Sequence record: OK272470.1
Length of the DNA stretch: 64,000 bases
Source: Escherichia phage JLBYU50
Strand: one strand, 5' to 3'
Shown: one piece after another, positions 38,370-47,982 of the stretch
Layout of the letters: each line of letters starts with the position of its first letter
Numbering within the stretch: the first letter of the stretch is position 1
Made by a program: the position numbers and the translations under genes
Notes under the pieces: generated by a model
Databases searched by the model: none
What the model was told of the DNA's origin: nothing
Seen by the model: the letters and a program-made list of their open reading frames with translations, nothing else

Positions 38370-38697
38370 TCAAGCCCTGTATAAATTTATTAGCTTCTTT
38401 ACTGTCGTAGTCAGTTTCTTCTGGATATCCATCTTCATCGTACACAACTGTACCTTCAATATACCCTGCCTCAATTAAGGCGCGGATCATATCAAATTGC
38501 CAGCATGAGTTACCAAATGGACGTTTACCATTAAAACACTCTTCTTCTTTCCATAACGTAGAGAGTAGTTGTCGGAAATATTCCCGTACAGTGACAGTAC
38601 CAAGATCTGAATCCTCAAACATAACATCCAGGGCATCAGGATTGCTTTTCTCTACATAAGGGATATATTTAACACCATTAATAGTTACATCAAGCAC
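38347..38697 (-). CDS. Hypothetical acidic protein
   Basis: 116 aa ORF. Confidence 0.4.
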   Translation of the reverse strand: MLDVTINGVKYIPYVEKSNPDALDVMFEDSDLGTVTVREYFRQLLSTLWKEEECFNGKRPFGNSCWQFDMIRALIEAGYIEGTVVYDEDGYPEETDYDSKEANKFIQGLIAQMCLG

Positions 38698-39060
38698 TTA
38701 TTTCTCCTTATCATCATATTCTAGGAACATATCTGCACGATATGCTTTACGCTCTTCAAACTTAGCAGGATCTACAACAATAAGCAATACAAGGTTAACA
38801 TCTAAATACTTCTTAACAAATAGAAATAAATCTTTTCCACAGTTAAAACCTATACCAGTATAGGCATCCCCATATTGATCTACTGATTTGATCTTCTTAC
38901 TAACCGTACACTCTATGCTATTCTTTTCTTCTTGGTATAAGGCTTTCCCACCCCAATATGTAAAGAATTTAGTACCGTCAGCACCAAGTTTAAAACCCTC
39001 TGTTGCATGTCCCGCAAATGAAAGTAAGCATAACCAAGTGATCATCAGGTACTTTAGCAT
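38698..39060 (-). CDS. Secreted hypothetical protein
   Basis: Start at MLKYLMITWLCLLSFAGHA (signal peptide) after RBS GGTGG. Confidence 0.4.
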   Translation of the reverse strand: MLKYLMITWLCLLSFAGHATEGFKLGADGTKFFTYWGGKALYQEEKNSIECTVSKKIKSVDQYGDAYTGIGFNCGKDLFLFVKKYLDVNLVLLIVVDPAKFEERKAYRADMFLEYDDKEK

Positions 39061-39061
39061 T

Positions 39062-39544
39062 TTAACCACCCAATTGCAAATGTTTAGAAAGAACAATATC
39101 CCACTGATCACCACAACCGTTATCTATGCGGAACATAATGTACGTATCATCTTCTTCTACGACATATAATACTTCATAGGAATTACAACAGCCTTCCCAA
39201 TTTTTAACAGCCTCTGGTGTATCATGTGTAAAAATTTCATTACCATCATATGACCAAAACAAAGGGGTAAGGTTTTCGAAGGTCAGTGAAGTAGGGTTTA
39301 CTTCATCTTTAACTGCTTCCTCATATTCTTTATGCGTTTGTACTGCTTTAGTTAGTGTACTCATGTCTATCTCCTTTTCTCCTTCTTGACTATGGAGGAT
39401 AGCAAACTCTCTAAACTCCACTTCACGCCACGTTTTTAGGTAGTGCTTTATAATTTTATCAACATCTGCCTGTTCAACATTACTTTTCAAGCAATAGTAA
39501 TCATGGTCTTCGCCCATTCTACCCCATATGCTATACATTGTCAT
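39062..39544 (-). CDS. Hypothetical protein
   Basis: 160 aa ORF. Confidence 0.45.
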   Translation of the reverse strand: MTMYSIWGRMGEDHDYYCLKSNVEQADVDKIIKHYLKTWREVEFREFAILHSQEGEKEIDMSTLTKAVQTHKEYEEAVKDEVNPTSLTFENLTPLFWSYDGNEIFTHDTPEAVKNWEGCCNSYEVLYVVEEDDTYIMFRIDNGCGDQWDIVLSKHLQLGG

Positions 39545-39812
39545 CTGATTGATCCTTTACATTGTTCTTGGCATACACAGGAATAACATCATTATGATCT
39601 TTATTACTTTCATCTGTTAAAGCCCAAAACAACTTACCTGCTGGATGTTTAAAGATGTAAGCAATAGGTTCCTCTTCCTGGGCTTCTTTGCTACGGATAC
39701 CATCCCGCCAGGCAAGCCAAGTGTAGATCATCACTTCTTGACGTTCTTCTTCGTTAGGCCACATATGTGATGGAAAGTTTTTATCAAACCATTGCTTAAA
39801 TTCTTCAGTCAT
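39531..39812 (-). CDS. Hypothetical protein
   Basis: 93 aa ORF. Confidence 0.4.
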   Translation of the reverse strand: MTEEFKQWFDKNFPSHMWPNEEERQEVMIYTWLAWRDGIRSKEAQEEEPIAYIFKHPAGKLFWALTDESNKDHNDVIPVYAKNNVKDQSDDNV

Positions 39813-40047
39813 AGTCTACTCCTTAGCGTACAAAGTTAACTTCTGCTTCTTTCAGCTTTGACACTTCTACATAACCACCATGATCATCTTTAATCCATTC
39901 TTTTCCTTTACGGATGATAACAGGATATGTAGAGTGAGTAAGTTTAGGTACAGATCTTTTTGTTTTAGTGATAGAAATGTTTTGCATAGTAGTCTCCTTA
40001 GTAAATTTTACATAGAGTCTAGATTATTTAGTAGATAGAGTCAATAA

Positions 40048-40314
40048 CTAATTACTGTTAGATCTGTATTCTGTCTTCCATTCACAATGGTAAACTTCAA
40101 CAGGTTCTAACTTCCAATGTTCAGGAACTAATTCAGGGCAATATCTACAAAAGAGAAATAGATAGATAACTAAGACAGGTATTAAATAGTAAAATGGTAT
40201 ACGATCATAACCATACTTACGAGATAACATGTAGACATATAGATAGGGTATAACAATTAATCCTATAACTATAAGTAAGAAGAGAAGTATAAACCTTAGT
40301 GTAGTAACATCCAT
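40048..40314 (-). CDS. Small membrane protein
   Basis: 88 aa with two hydrophobic helices. Confidence 0.4.
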   Translation of the reverse strand: MDVTTLRFILLFLLIVIGLIVIPYLYVYMLSRKYGYDRIPFYYLIPVLVIYLFLFCRYCPELVPEHWKLEPVEVYHCEWKTEYRSNSN

Positions 40315-40477
40315 AGTATTCTCCTATACAGTAATATACTCTGTTCCTGCCCCTCCATGAGTGACAGGAACAATATCTATAGAGAATACTAACTCGCTTC
40401 GCTCGTCACCTTTCAGGTTTAGGGTAGCATGTTTTTCTGAAAAAGTCAATACTCTCCACAAAACTTTACAAAATACT

Positions 40478-40750
40478 TTACATAGGTACAACAGAGTCTG
40501 TTTTGAAGTCGTACATATGATTTACACCTGTGATTTTTGACATAGAGATTGCACGTTTAGCACCTGCAATTACCTGGTCTGTCTTCTTAATCTCTTCACG
40601 GAACTTACGTACAGTTAAAGAGAAGAAACGATGATCCATCCATTGACGATTCACACGATCACGCTTGAAGTGACGGAAATCTTCAATCTGTTTATTGCGC
40701 AATCGGCGCAGTACATGCAATAGTTGATAGTAAGGGTGTTTATTTTTCAT
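40478..40750 (-). CDS. Hypothetical basic protein
   Basis: 90 aa, Arg/Lys-rich. Confidence 0.4.
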   Translation of the reverse strand: MKNKHPYYQLLHVLRRLRNKQIEDFRHFKRDRVNRQWMDHRFFSLTVRKFREEIKKTDQVIAGAKRAISMSKITGVNHMYDFKTDSVVPM

Positions 40751-40753
40751 AAA

Positions 40754-41182
40754 TTATTCTCCAAATCGAAAATCGTCAATATCATCAAACCATACACAAT
40801 GGCGAGTCCTTTCTTTTTCTGTTGCAGACATTGTTTCAACAGCTTTAGGACTAAGCACAACAGGAATGTAACGAACAGGTCGTTCATAATAGTAGCCATA
40901 CTTTTCTGTATTAGCTGCCTCAAAGACTTTACGGCGTTCTTCAAGATCTTCTATGGTGAATCCTACCATATAACCATCATGTTTGCTACCCCATCCTTCC
41001 TCACTTTCAACAATCGGGATATAAAAGCCGTTACGCGTCCCTGACACTGGTTTTTCTTGAGCCTGAAGGCAAGCCTCCCATCCTGCTTTAAAGACGTTAT
41101 AGAGCGATTTACGCACGTTATGAGTGCCGCTTTCGCTTGCTGGATAGAGTTCATTAAATTTGTCTTGAATTTGTTGTGTCAT
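40754..41182 (-). CDS. Hypothetical protein
   Basis: 142 aa ORF. Confidence 0.45.
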   Translation of the reverse strand: MTQQIQDKFNELYPASESGTHNVRKSLYNVFKAGWEACLQAQEKPVSGTRNGFYIPIVESEEGWGSKHDGYMVGFTIEDLEERRKVFEAANTEKYGYYYERPVRYIPVVLSPKAVETMSATEKERTRHCVWFDDIDDFRFGE

Positions 41183-41689
41183 ACTCGCCCCTTAGTGATT
41201 ATTTGACCAGCTAAACAAATAGCTTGTAGTACAATAAAGAAGTAGCCTAATTTTACACTACCCGATACCCAGAATGCAATGTTTGCAAACAAACAAAAAG
41301 CAATATTAAGTCTAAAGAATAACATTTAATCCCCTTCATATTTAGGTAAAGGCATATATGCCACAATAGGAGGGTAATCAAAGTGAAAATGATGGTTCAC
41401 CACGATAATCTTACCCGACATACTTTTATGCACTTCACAATACCCTTTTCACCATCTTCCATTACCACCACATACTCACCTAGTGGAATATCGTATGGAT
41501 CTTCTACTTTTACCCATTCTGTCATTTTGTAAACTCCTCATAGTAAGGTAAAGCCTTGATCAGTTGTTCTGAAGTGCCATTTTGTACCCACGTAACACCA
41601 TTGTCAACAGAAACATACCCTTTTTTGTCAATAAATTTACGCAGACAGCCCGTGAACTTATTTTTGTAGATAACCATGTTTACTCCTTG

Positions 41690-42046
41690 TTACATCCACA
41701 GGTTATGAAAATACTTAGCAAACAAAATGCGACCTTCTAAACGATCTTGCCGCTGTTTTTCATTAACTTCTTCTGGTGGAGTTGAGTCCTTAAAAGAAGA
41801 CTCCATTTTTTCAAGAATTTCTAACCAGTGTTCTGCTGCTCGTTCTTCCATATAAGGTAGATAGTCACCTTTAGCGTGTGGGTACATCCGACGAAGTAAC
41901 CCGCTAGGAATTTTAACATTGTTTGTGGCTATCACTTTTGCACGATATGCAGAAAGTGCATTGTAGATCAGTTTACTTAGTGTCACATCTAGATCAAGAA
42001 GATCACTCTCTTCAAATTGAATTTCATCGTGTACAATTTTCATCAT
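41690..42046 (-). CDS. Hypothetical protein
   Basis: 118 aa ORF. Confidence 0.45.
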   Translation of the reverse strand: MMKIVHDEIQFEESDLLDLDVTLSKLIYNALSAYRAKVIATNNVKIPSGLLRRMYPHAKGDYLPYMEERAAEHWLEILEKMESSFKDSTPPEEVNEKQRQDRLEGRILFAKYFHNLWM

Positions 42047-42327
42047 GCTTTCTCCCGATCTGCCTCTAATTTCAATAAGAAAGCTGTATACTCTTCCGAG
42101 CCTTGGTGTAAAAACATGCGATAAGAGCTTACTAGTTTCTTCGTTGTCGTATAACGTTCCATTTCCCCAACAACACCTCCACCCAAGGTGTAGAGCACAA
42201 CACCCTCAAACCCAACATGAGTTACTACTTCAATCAAATCTGTGTTATCCCAATGGTAGTTAGGTGACACAATAAGATCGCCAACTGCCAATTTAATGTT
42301 TGCTGCTTCGTTTTGTGAATAATACAT
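42043..42327 (-). CDS. Hypothetical protein
   Basis: 94 aa ORF with 4-nt overlap to the downstream gene. Confidence 0.4.
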   Translation of the reverse strand: MYYSQNEAANIKLAVGDLIVSPNYHWDNTDLIEVVTHVGFEGVVLYTLGGGVVGEMERYTTTKKLVSSYRMFLHQGSEEYTAFLLKLEADREKA

Positions 42328-42339
42328 TTGGTTCTCCTC

Positions 42340-42630
42340 TCACATTAAAACACGTTTTGCATTGCTTGGTGCATTGTCGAACATGTTTATCACTTTGTCA
42401 AGTTTGTGTATTAACTCGTTCGTAATGTTCCACTCTTTGTATGATCTCCATTGTTTCTTATTCTCACCTACCTGGTGTAAAACTTTGATGGGTGCATTCA
42501 AACGTACATTGCGTTCTTTGTCCTCTTCAAAAGAGGCTAACCATTTTTCGTTATGTCCATGAACAGCAATAATAATGCCAAAACCATCAAAAGTTTCTGT
42601 AATATTCTTAGTTGCTAGTGTGATGTTCAT
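42340..42630 (-). CDS. Hypothetical protein (first gene of - strand block)
   Basis: 96 aa ORF immediately downstream of the divergent promoter region. Confidence 0.4.
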   Translation of the reverse strand: MNITLATKNITETFDGFGIIIAVHGHNEKWLASFEEDKERNVRLNAPIKVLHQVGENKKQWRSYKEWNITNELIHKLDKVINMFDNAPSNAKRVLM

Positions 42631-42689
42631 ATCTAACCTCTTTTGTTACGATACACACAGAGTACCAGAAATTAATTTCAGATCAAGTA

Positions 42690-42717
42690 TTGACATACTG
42701 TTTTATTGTGCTAATCT
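42690..42717 (+). promoter_or_regulatory. Sigma70-type promoter (TTGACA-16-TAATCT) in divergent intergenic region
   Basis: TTGACA at 42690-42695, 16-nt spacer, TAATCT at 42712-42717. Upstream of the 42750 ORF (RBS gagaggag). Confidence 0.45.
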
Positions 42718-42749
42718 TAATGCATACACAAATGAGAGGAGATAAACGA

Positions 42750-43301
42750 ATGCAAAACATCGATCTTACTTGGATAGAAGCCAAAGAAGCAATGTTAAAA
42801 GGCAAACGCGTTAAACATAAATACTTTTGCGAAGGAGAATGGTTTGAAATGCGTAACCGATCCATTGTAGATGAAAAAGGGAATGACATGCAACAATGGT
42901 TCAAAAATGAAATTTGGCAGGGAACAGGTTGGTCTGTAGTTGAAGAGCAGCCTAGCTCAATCGCACTGTTTAGCCCTATTATGTATCGCGTTATCGGTGC
43001 TTTAGTTGTTGATCACGGGATTGCAGTGGAAAAAGAATACTGGGAAGAGGTATCTTTTTTCAACCTGGCTTCTTATGCAAAAAGCCATATGCACTTGTTT
43101 GAAGAAGGGGATGAATTTGTTCTTCGTATGCGATATGGCAAAGAATTCAGATTACCACTTGATAACGATGTAGACACTGTTGTAAAATGGTTAGCAGAGC
43201 ATTATGCTTACGATGCAATTTGTGGTCGCAGCTTCGGCAACGAACGCTGGGACATGATTTGTGAAAAATATGATTTTGAGCCGGAATACGGAGTTTTATA
43301 A
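42750..43301 (+). CDS. Hypothetical protein (first gene of + strand block)
   Basis: Start at MQNIDLTW after RBS gagaggag. Confidence 0.45.
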   Translation: MQNIDLTWIEAKEAMLKGKRVKHKYFCEGEWFEMRNRSIVDEKGNDMQQWFKNEIWQGTGWSVVEEQPSSIALFSPIMYRVIGALVVDHGIAVEKEYWEEVSFFNLASYAKSHMHLFEEGDEFVLRMRYGKEFRLPLDNDVDTVVKWLAEHYAYDAICGRSFGNERWDMICEKYDFEPEYGVL

Positions 43302-43552
43302 TGTTAAGTATCAAACCTAAAATGATAACAGCAGATGAAGCAGACTTTATTTTCAAATGTGGACATGTATGGAGAGAATTCACAAAAGGGAATGAAGTGG
43401 TGGTTGTTGTCGAACACAAGATATCTATCCAGGATCTGTTTGGACAATATGTTGATGTTATTAAATTAGGTATTGACAAGGGTTTAGTTGAGGTGTTAAC
43501 ATTAGATCAAGTTGAAGCAGAGCACCTCGATAAAGTAGTGGTTGAATTTTAA
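43301..43552 (+). CDS. Hypothetical protein
   Basis: 83 aa, ATG overlaps upstream stop. Confidence 0.4.
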   Translation: MLSIKPKMITADEADFIFKCGHVWREFTKGNEVVVVVEHKISIQDLFGQYVDVIKLGIDKGLVEVLTLDQVEAEHLDKVVVEF

Positions 43553-43760
43553 AATACAGACGGGAGAAAGGTATGAGTTTCTTTGTTACAGTATTTATGG
43601 CTATCTGGATTGTAGTCTCACTCGTTCTTTTCCTGGTGGGTTGTCTGGAAGAGATTAAGAAAGCGGTTATTTGCGGTTTCTTTGGCTTTATTATCTCTCC
43701 TGCCTGGATGTGGTTCTTCATTATGATTGGTTTCCTTAAAAGGTAAGTGAGGAATAAAGA

Positions 43761-44198
43761 ATGAGTAAAACAAACGCAATCGCAGATAAAGCAACTGATG
43801 TACTTCTGAACATGGTTAACGTCACTATTCAAACAATGAGTGATGTTGTGGAGTTTGGAAAACAACAAATTCCAGAAGTAATCCATCAATTATTAGTGTG
43901 GAAAGCAGTATCCGCAGGTTTATGGCAACTTTTTGGTATTTGCTTTATGTTTATTACTTTTATTGCTGTGCGGAACCTCGTAAAAGCAATTAAAGATAAA
44001 GAATGCCTGTGGTCACGAGATCGCTATGGTGAAGTATCTGCTTTACCTATTGTTGGTCTTGTTGTCTGTGCTTTCTTTTTCTTTTTAGGATTTGTTATTT
44101 TCTTTTCGAATTTTGATTGGCTAAAAATCATTATTGCACCAAAAGTGTATCTGATTGAATTTGCTGCTGATTTAATTCGTTCATCTCAACAAAAATAA
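43761..44198 (+). CDS. Membrane protein
   Basis: 145 aa with several hydrophobic helices. Confidence 0.45.
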   Translation: MSKTNAIADKATDVLLNMVNVTIQTMSDVVEFGKQQIPEVIHQLLVWKAVSAGLWQLFGICFMFITFIAVRNLVKAIKDKECLWSRDRYGEVSALPIVGLVVCAFFFFLGFVIFFSNFDWLKIIIAPKVYLIEFAADLIRSSQQK

Positions 44199-44209
44199 AA
44201 GGGGTTAAA

Positions 44210-45337
44210 ATGAAATACACGATTTATGGTGATATTGTAAGTGTAAATAAAGATATGGGCGTGGAATCTAACTATCTTCCACCTGGATTCTATACTGTTA
44301 GTCGTGATCCCCTTGGCAATTATTTTTTAAGCCGTGGTAATCTGACAGGTGTACCGGATGTTTTGTATGGTGAAACAGAAAAACGAGCAAATCACGTTAT
44401 CCGTACATTCCATCGCCGGAGTGCACAAGGTAAAAACACAGGCTTGCTTCTGACAGGAACTAAGGGCAGTGGTAAAACTATGTTAGCCAAACTCATTAGT
44501 CGTGACCTTGTAGAAGAAGGTATTCCAACTATTATGGTTACTCAAGCCTACAGTGATGCTAATTTCATTGAACTTATTAGCAAGATCACCGACAAAGCAG
44601 TGATTATTTTTGACGAGTTTGATAAAGTGTATGAGAAGAAACAAGATCAAGAAGCACTTCTCACTTTGTTAGATGGTACTGGCAGTGGTAATAAACTGTT
44701 TATTCTGACTAAAAACAGTGGTTTTATTTCTGAATTCTTTTTAAATCGTCCTAGTCGTGTGTTTTATAATTTTAATTATGATAAAATCTCACTAGAAACT
44801 ATGATTGACTATTTAGATAAAAACCTAGATAACAAAGCACACTTTGATAATTTCCAAAGACTTTGGGATGTAAGTTTAGAGTTGTCCTTTGATGTGATCC
44901 AAGGTATAGTAGAAGAACTTAATTTCTACCCTGATTTATCCTTTAAAGAATGCATCTCTATGATGGGCGTTTCTTTAGGTGGTGGTAATAAATGGGATAT
45001 CAGCAGTGTTGTTATTAATGGGAAACTTCAGAAAGTTAGCTGGGTATCTAGTTGGCATAACTTTACACCTGCAATCTTTTTAGGTGGCTCGTGCACACTA
45101 GACGTGTACTTGTCATCTCCAAGTGATGCAGACTCTAAAGAAGCCCTTGCTAATAGCTCTTACGTGGTTTTTGATGATGAAGGAGATGCTCGAATTCCAT
45201 TGAATGCGACAAAAATGAAAGCAGATCTTATTACAGGCGGTAAAATCGTTGTGTTTAGTGATGATCCAGAAGATTCTTTCCGTATTGTTCTGGAGCCAAC
45301 TATCACCAATGGTGCAACTTTGGCAAGTGTGTTTTAA
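44210..45337 (+). CDS. AAA-family ATPase (paralog B)
   Basis: 375 aa. Walker A GTKGSGKT, Walker B IIFDEFDK, LLTLLDG, NRPSR; colinear with the - strand paralog at 29279-30232. Terminator at 45353-45378. Confidence 0.7.
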   Translation: MKYTIYGDIVSVNKDMGVESNYLPPGFYTVSRDPLGNYFLSRGNLTGVPDVLYGETEKRANHVIRTFHRRSAQGKNTGLLLTGTKGSGKTMLAKLISRDLVEEGIPTIMVTQAYSDANFIELISKITDKAVIIFDEFDKVYEKKQDQEALLTLLDGTGSGNKLFILTKNSGFISEFFLNRPSRVFYNFNYDKISLETMIDYLDKNLDNKAHFDNFQRLWDVSLELSFDVIQGIVEELNFYPDLSFKECISMMGVSLGGGNKWDISSVVINGKLQKVSWVSSWHNFTPAIFLGGSCTLDVYLSSPSDADSKEALANSSYVVFDDEGDARIPLNATKMKADLITGGKIVVFSDDPEDSFRIVLEPTITNGATLASVF

Positions 45338-45352
45338 GTAAGCCAGCAAATA

Positions 45353-45378
45353 AAAACCCGCTTCGGCGGGTTTTCTTG
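45353..45378 (+). terminator. Rho-independent terminator after AAA ATPase paralog B
   Basis: AACCCGC-TTCG-GCGGGTT followed by TTCTTG. Confidence 0.55.
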
Positions 45379-45411
45379 TATTAATACCAGATTTAATAAA
45401 AGGAGTAGTAG

Positions 45412-46404
45412 ATGGGAACACCAAAATCATGGGAACAATATAAAGAAGAATTAACACCTCTTGCTAAAAATCGCAATATTCAAATCCTGGGTTATGTTGG
45501 TGAATGGAAAGGGAATAAAACAAAACTTGATTTGTTGTGTCATTGTGGGTATAGATGGCAAAGTACAGCTATTACGGACTTTAAACGTGGTGGTGGTTGC
45601 CCCAGTTGTAATTTAGATAGCTTACGCAAACGTATAATCATCCCTGACGATCAACACATACAAGATTTCATGAATACTGGCGCTTTCCAACCAGGAACCA
45701 TCTTCATCAATACAGGGGAACGTACTGGAAATAGTGACAGTATTTGGTGTATAAAATGTCCTATTTGCTCATACGACGAATATGTACAAGCTGGAGTATG
45801 TGATGGTAAGTTTTATTCTACAAAGAGTAGTCTTAAAAACGGGAGTCTCGCTTGTCGTTGTTCTACACGTTATGTGTTTAGCGATCAGCAGTTAACATAC
45901 CGCATGAGAAAGGAGTTGCAGAAAAAAGATTTGATTTTTATTGAATGGGTAGGCAAACCTTCTGTAAGATTAGGTAAGTTTAAATATCTTTGTCTTGTAC
46001 ATGGGGAGCAGATAGGGAGTGCTAGTAACTTATTAAGCCACGGTCGAGGTTGTCCTATGTGTGCTGGTCATAGTCAGCAGCAGTTATATATTAATATTGT
46101 TAAGGATGATAATATTATAGTTGCTCTTAAGTTTGGTATAGCTAAAGATAGTGATAGGCGATTAAACATTCAAAATAGCCGTAATCTGTTTTTTATGGAA
46201 CGTATTTGTTTATATGATTTTAGCACAGTGAAACAGTGTAAGGCTGCTGAAAGAGCTATAAAGAAAAAATTAAAAACTGGTATTTTAACAGCAAGAGAGT
46301 TGAAAGACGGTCATACAGAAACAGTAAGTGTTTCTGATTTGGAAAATCTTCAAAAAATTATTACACAATATGGTGGCAAATTAGTATATAGTAAGGAGGT
46401 GTAA
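45412..46404 (+). CDS. Zn-ribbon repeat protein with C-terminal T5orf172/GIY-YIG-like domain
   Basis: 330 aa. Three Cys clusters (CHCGYRW...CPSC; CIKCPIC; GRGCPMC). C-terminal FGIAKDSDRRLNIQNSRNL resembles the T5orf172 motif (IGRT.N...RL...). Tentative. Confidence 0.45.
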   Translation: MGTPKSWEQYKEELTPLAKNRNIQILGYVGEWKGNKTKLDLLCHCGYRWQSTAITDFKRGGGCPSCNLDSLRKRIIIPDDQHIQDFMNTGAFQPGTIFINTGERTGNSDSIWCIKCPICSYDEYVQAGVCDGKFYSTKSSLKNGSLACRCSTRYVFSDQQLTYRMRKELQKKDLIFIEWVGKPSVRLGKFKYLCLVHGEQIGSASNLLSHGRGCPMCAGHSQQQLYINIVKDDNIIVALKFGIAKDSDRRLNIQNSRNLFFMERICLYDFSTVKQCKAAERAIKKKLKTGILTARELKDGHTETVSVSDLENLQKIITQYGGKLVYSKEV

Positions 46405-46956
46405 ATGCGGATTACTGATAAGTATGTGTTCTTCTTTTCAGCAAAAGATGAATTTAGCAACTGGTATCTATCATCTTTTATTGAACCTTTAGCTCCCAAG
46501 TATAATAATTCTATTACAAGTTCTGTTGAATTTACTTGTGTGGAACAATATATGATGTGGAGAAAAGCATGTTTATTTTATGATTACAACATTGCATCTT
46601 CTATTTTAACCGGAGATCTAAGATATACAGGAGAAAAAGAACAAGCATATTATAAGCGACTAGGCAGATTAGTTAAAGATTATGATGAAGATACCTGGAC
46701 TTCTTTACGGGAGAAGATTGTCAAACGTGGTTTGTATCTTAAATACACACAAAATGAAGATCTCAAAAATAAACTTATAGCCTACGCAGATAAGGAGTTC
46801 GTAGAGGCAAGCCCTTATGATTCTATTTATGGTATCAAAATGGGGATGTGGGATCGGGACGTGGAAAATAAGGATTGTTGGAAAGGACAAAATCTTTTAG
46901 GAAAATGGCATACAGACCTTGCTGTTTATCTAAAAGCACAATCTGATATTTCCTGA
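46405..46956 (+). CDS. NADAR-family protein (YbiA-like)
   Basis: 183 aa. Blocks YVFFFSAKDEFSNWY, CVEQYMMWRKACLF, EASPYDSIYGI match NADAR/DUF1768 (F..FSNFY ... EQ.YM..KA ... EASP.D.IWGIG). Confidence 0.7.
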   Translation: MRITDKYVFFFSAKDEFSNWYLSSFIEPLAPKYNNSITSSVEFTCVEQYMMWRKACLFYDYNIASSILTGDLRYTGEKEQAYYKRLGRLVKDYDEDTWTSLREKIVKRGLYLKYTQNEDLKNKLIAYADKEFVEASPYDSIYGIKMGMWDRDVENKDCWKGQNLLGKWHTDLAVYLKAQSDIS

Positions 46957-47174
46957 TATTTTGAAAATTTTTATTTTTATAAAAAGGGGTGTGGGTTTCA
47001 TGTACGGAAATTCACCCTCTGCACAGTATATCCAGAGTAAGTAGTATTCTATACCCTGTTAATAAAGTATTTAATTTGTTTGTTGGACTATGGTATCTGA
47101 TCTTTAAAAGGCATACTATCTCTTAACTACTACTTATAACAGAACAGTAAAATCATTTTTATAAAAAGTACAAA

Positions 47175-47372
47175 ATTATTTAAAGTTTTTACAGATTTTT
47201 GGGTACAAATTTTGAAAATGAAAAGTTCAAGTTTGGTCAAAATTATTTAAAGTTTTTGTACGTATTTCTATTCAGATTTTGAAAATGAAAACTTCAATTT
47301 TTTAAAAATTCCCCAGTTTATTTAAAGTTTTTTTGCCTTTTTCCGTAGAAAAATCAAAAATGAAAAGTTCAA
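47175..47372. repeat. Three tandem ~65-bp direct repeats (iteron-like)
   Basis: Unit = ATTTAAAGTTTTT + ~20 nt + TTTGAAAATGAAAAGTTCAA, at 47175-47230, 47241-47297 and 47318-47372. Confidence 0.6.
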
Positions 47373-47395
47373 TTTCGTGTTTTTATAGGTGTGTT

Positions 47396-47455
47396 AATGA
47401 GAATCATTTTCGTTTGTAAATGAGAATCATTAGCAAATGAGAATTTTCTCATTTA
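47396..47455. promoter_or_regulatory. Three tandem Fur-box-like sites (AATGAGAATCATT)
   Basis: AATGAGAATCATT at 47396-47408 and 47419-47431, and palindromic AAATGAGAATTTTCTCATTT at 47436-47455. One mismatch from the GATAATCATT core of the enterobacterial Fur box. Confidence 0.4.
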
Positions 47456-47715
47456 GAGAATAACGCGCAGGGGTGGTGTTTGTCTCGCGCTCCCGTGTCC
47501 CCTCGCCATACAATAAGAATAGCATAACCAACAACAAAAGCAAGCGATTATTTTTATCTTTACATTTCTTTACAAATTTATTTTGGACGAGCTACCGGCG
47601 ATCAACCTTCCAACCAGTGCCCCCTGGTATGTTAGCCCCGCCTTTACGCCGTGGGGGTGGCGTTTCCTCTTCTGTATGTAAAACAGTATAAGCCCGATCC
47701 CTGGGCTTGTCAATA

Positions 47716-47982
47716 TTATTTTTTGTTTTCTTGCCAGGATAGGACACCTAACCAAAAATACATGTCGCCCCGCGCCCCTGGCGGGATCTTGCTTTCCCCG
47801 CCGCCACTGCAAGCCCATAGATAACCATTTACGAACGTATCAAAGTGATCTATCTCTTCCACCTTATGATCGCCCAGGTTGAGAACGGTTTCAACCTTTA
47901 AGCCCGTTGCGCTTGCTACCTGGTGCACCGTGCCGCCTTGCCAGCCCAATGAGTGCATGAGATGTAAAGGAGTATTTGTCAT
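47716..47982 (-). CDS. Hypothetical small protein in GC-rich segment (possible HTH regulator)
   Basis: 88 aa ORF, only candidate on the - strand in the early region. Segment GWQGGTVHQVASATGLKVETV is HTH-like. Could instead be non-coding. Confidence 0.25.
   Translation of the reverse strand: MTNTPLHLMHSLGWQGGTVHQVASATGLKVETVLNLGDHKVEEIDHFDTFVNGYLWACSGGGESKIPPGARGDMYFWLGVLSWQENKK

Noticed and set aside
40724-41044. 106-aa + strand ORF and other + strand ORFs inside the 37-42.6 kb minus-strand block (for example 37358-37630, 38888-39169, 42045-42263)
   Set aside because: Antisense to a continuous tightly packed - strand operon; no promoter or RBS support.
47473-47818. Overlapping ORFs 47473-47691 (+) and 47570-47818 (-) in the GC-rich island
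   Set aside because: Mutually overlapping Arg/Gly/Pro-rich translations characteristic of GC-rich non-coding sequence; only the 47716-47982 ORF was retained, at low confidence.
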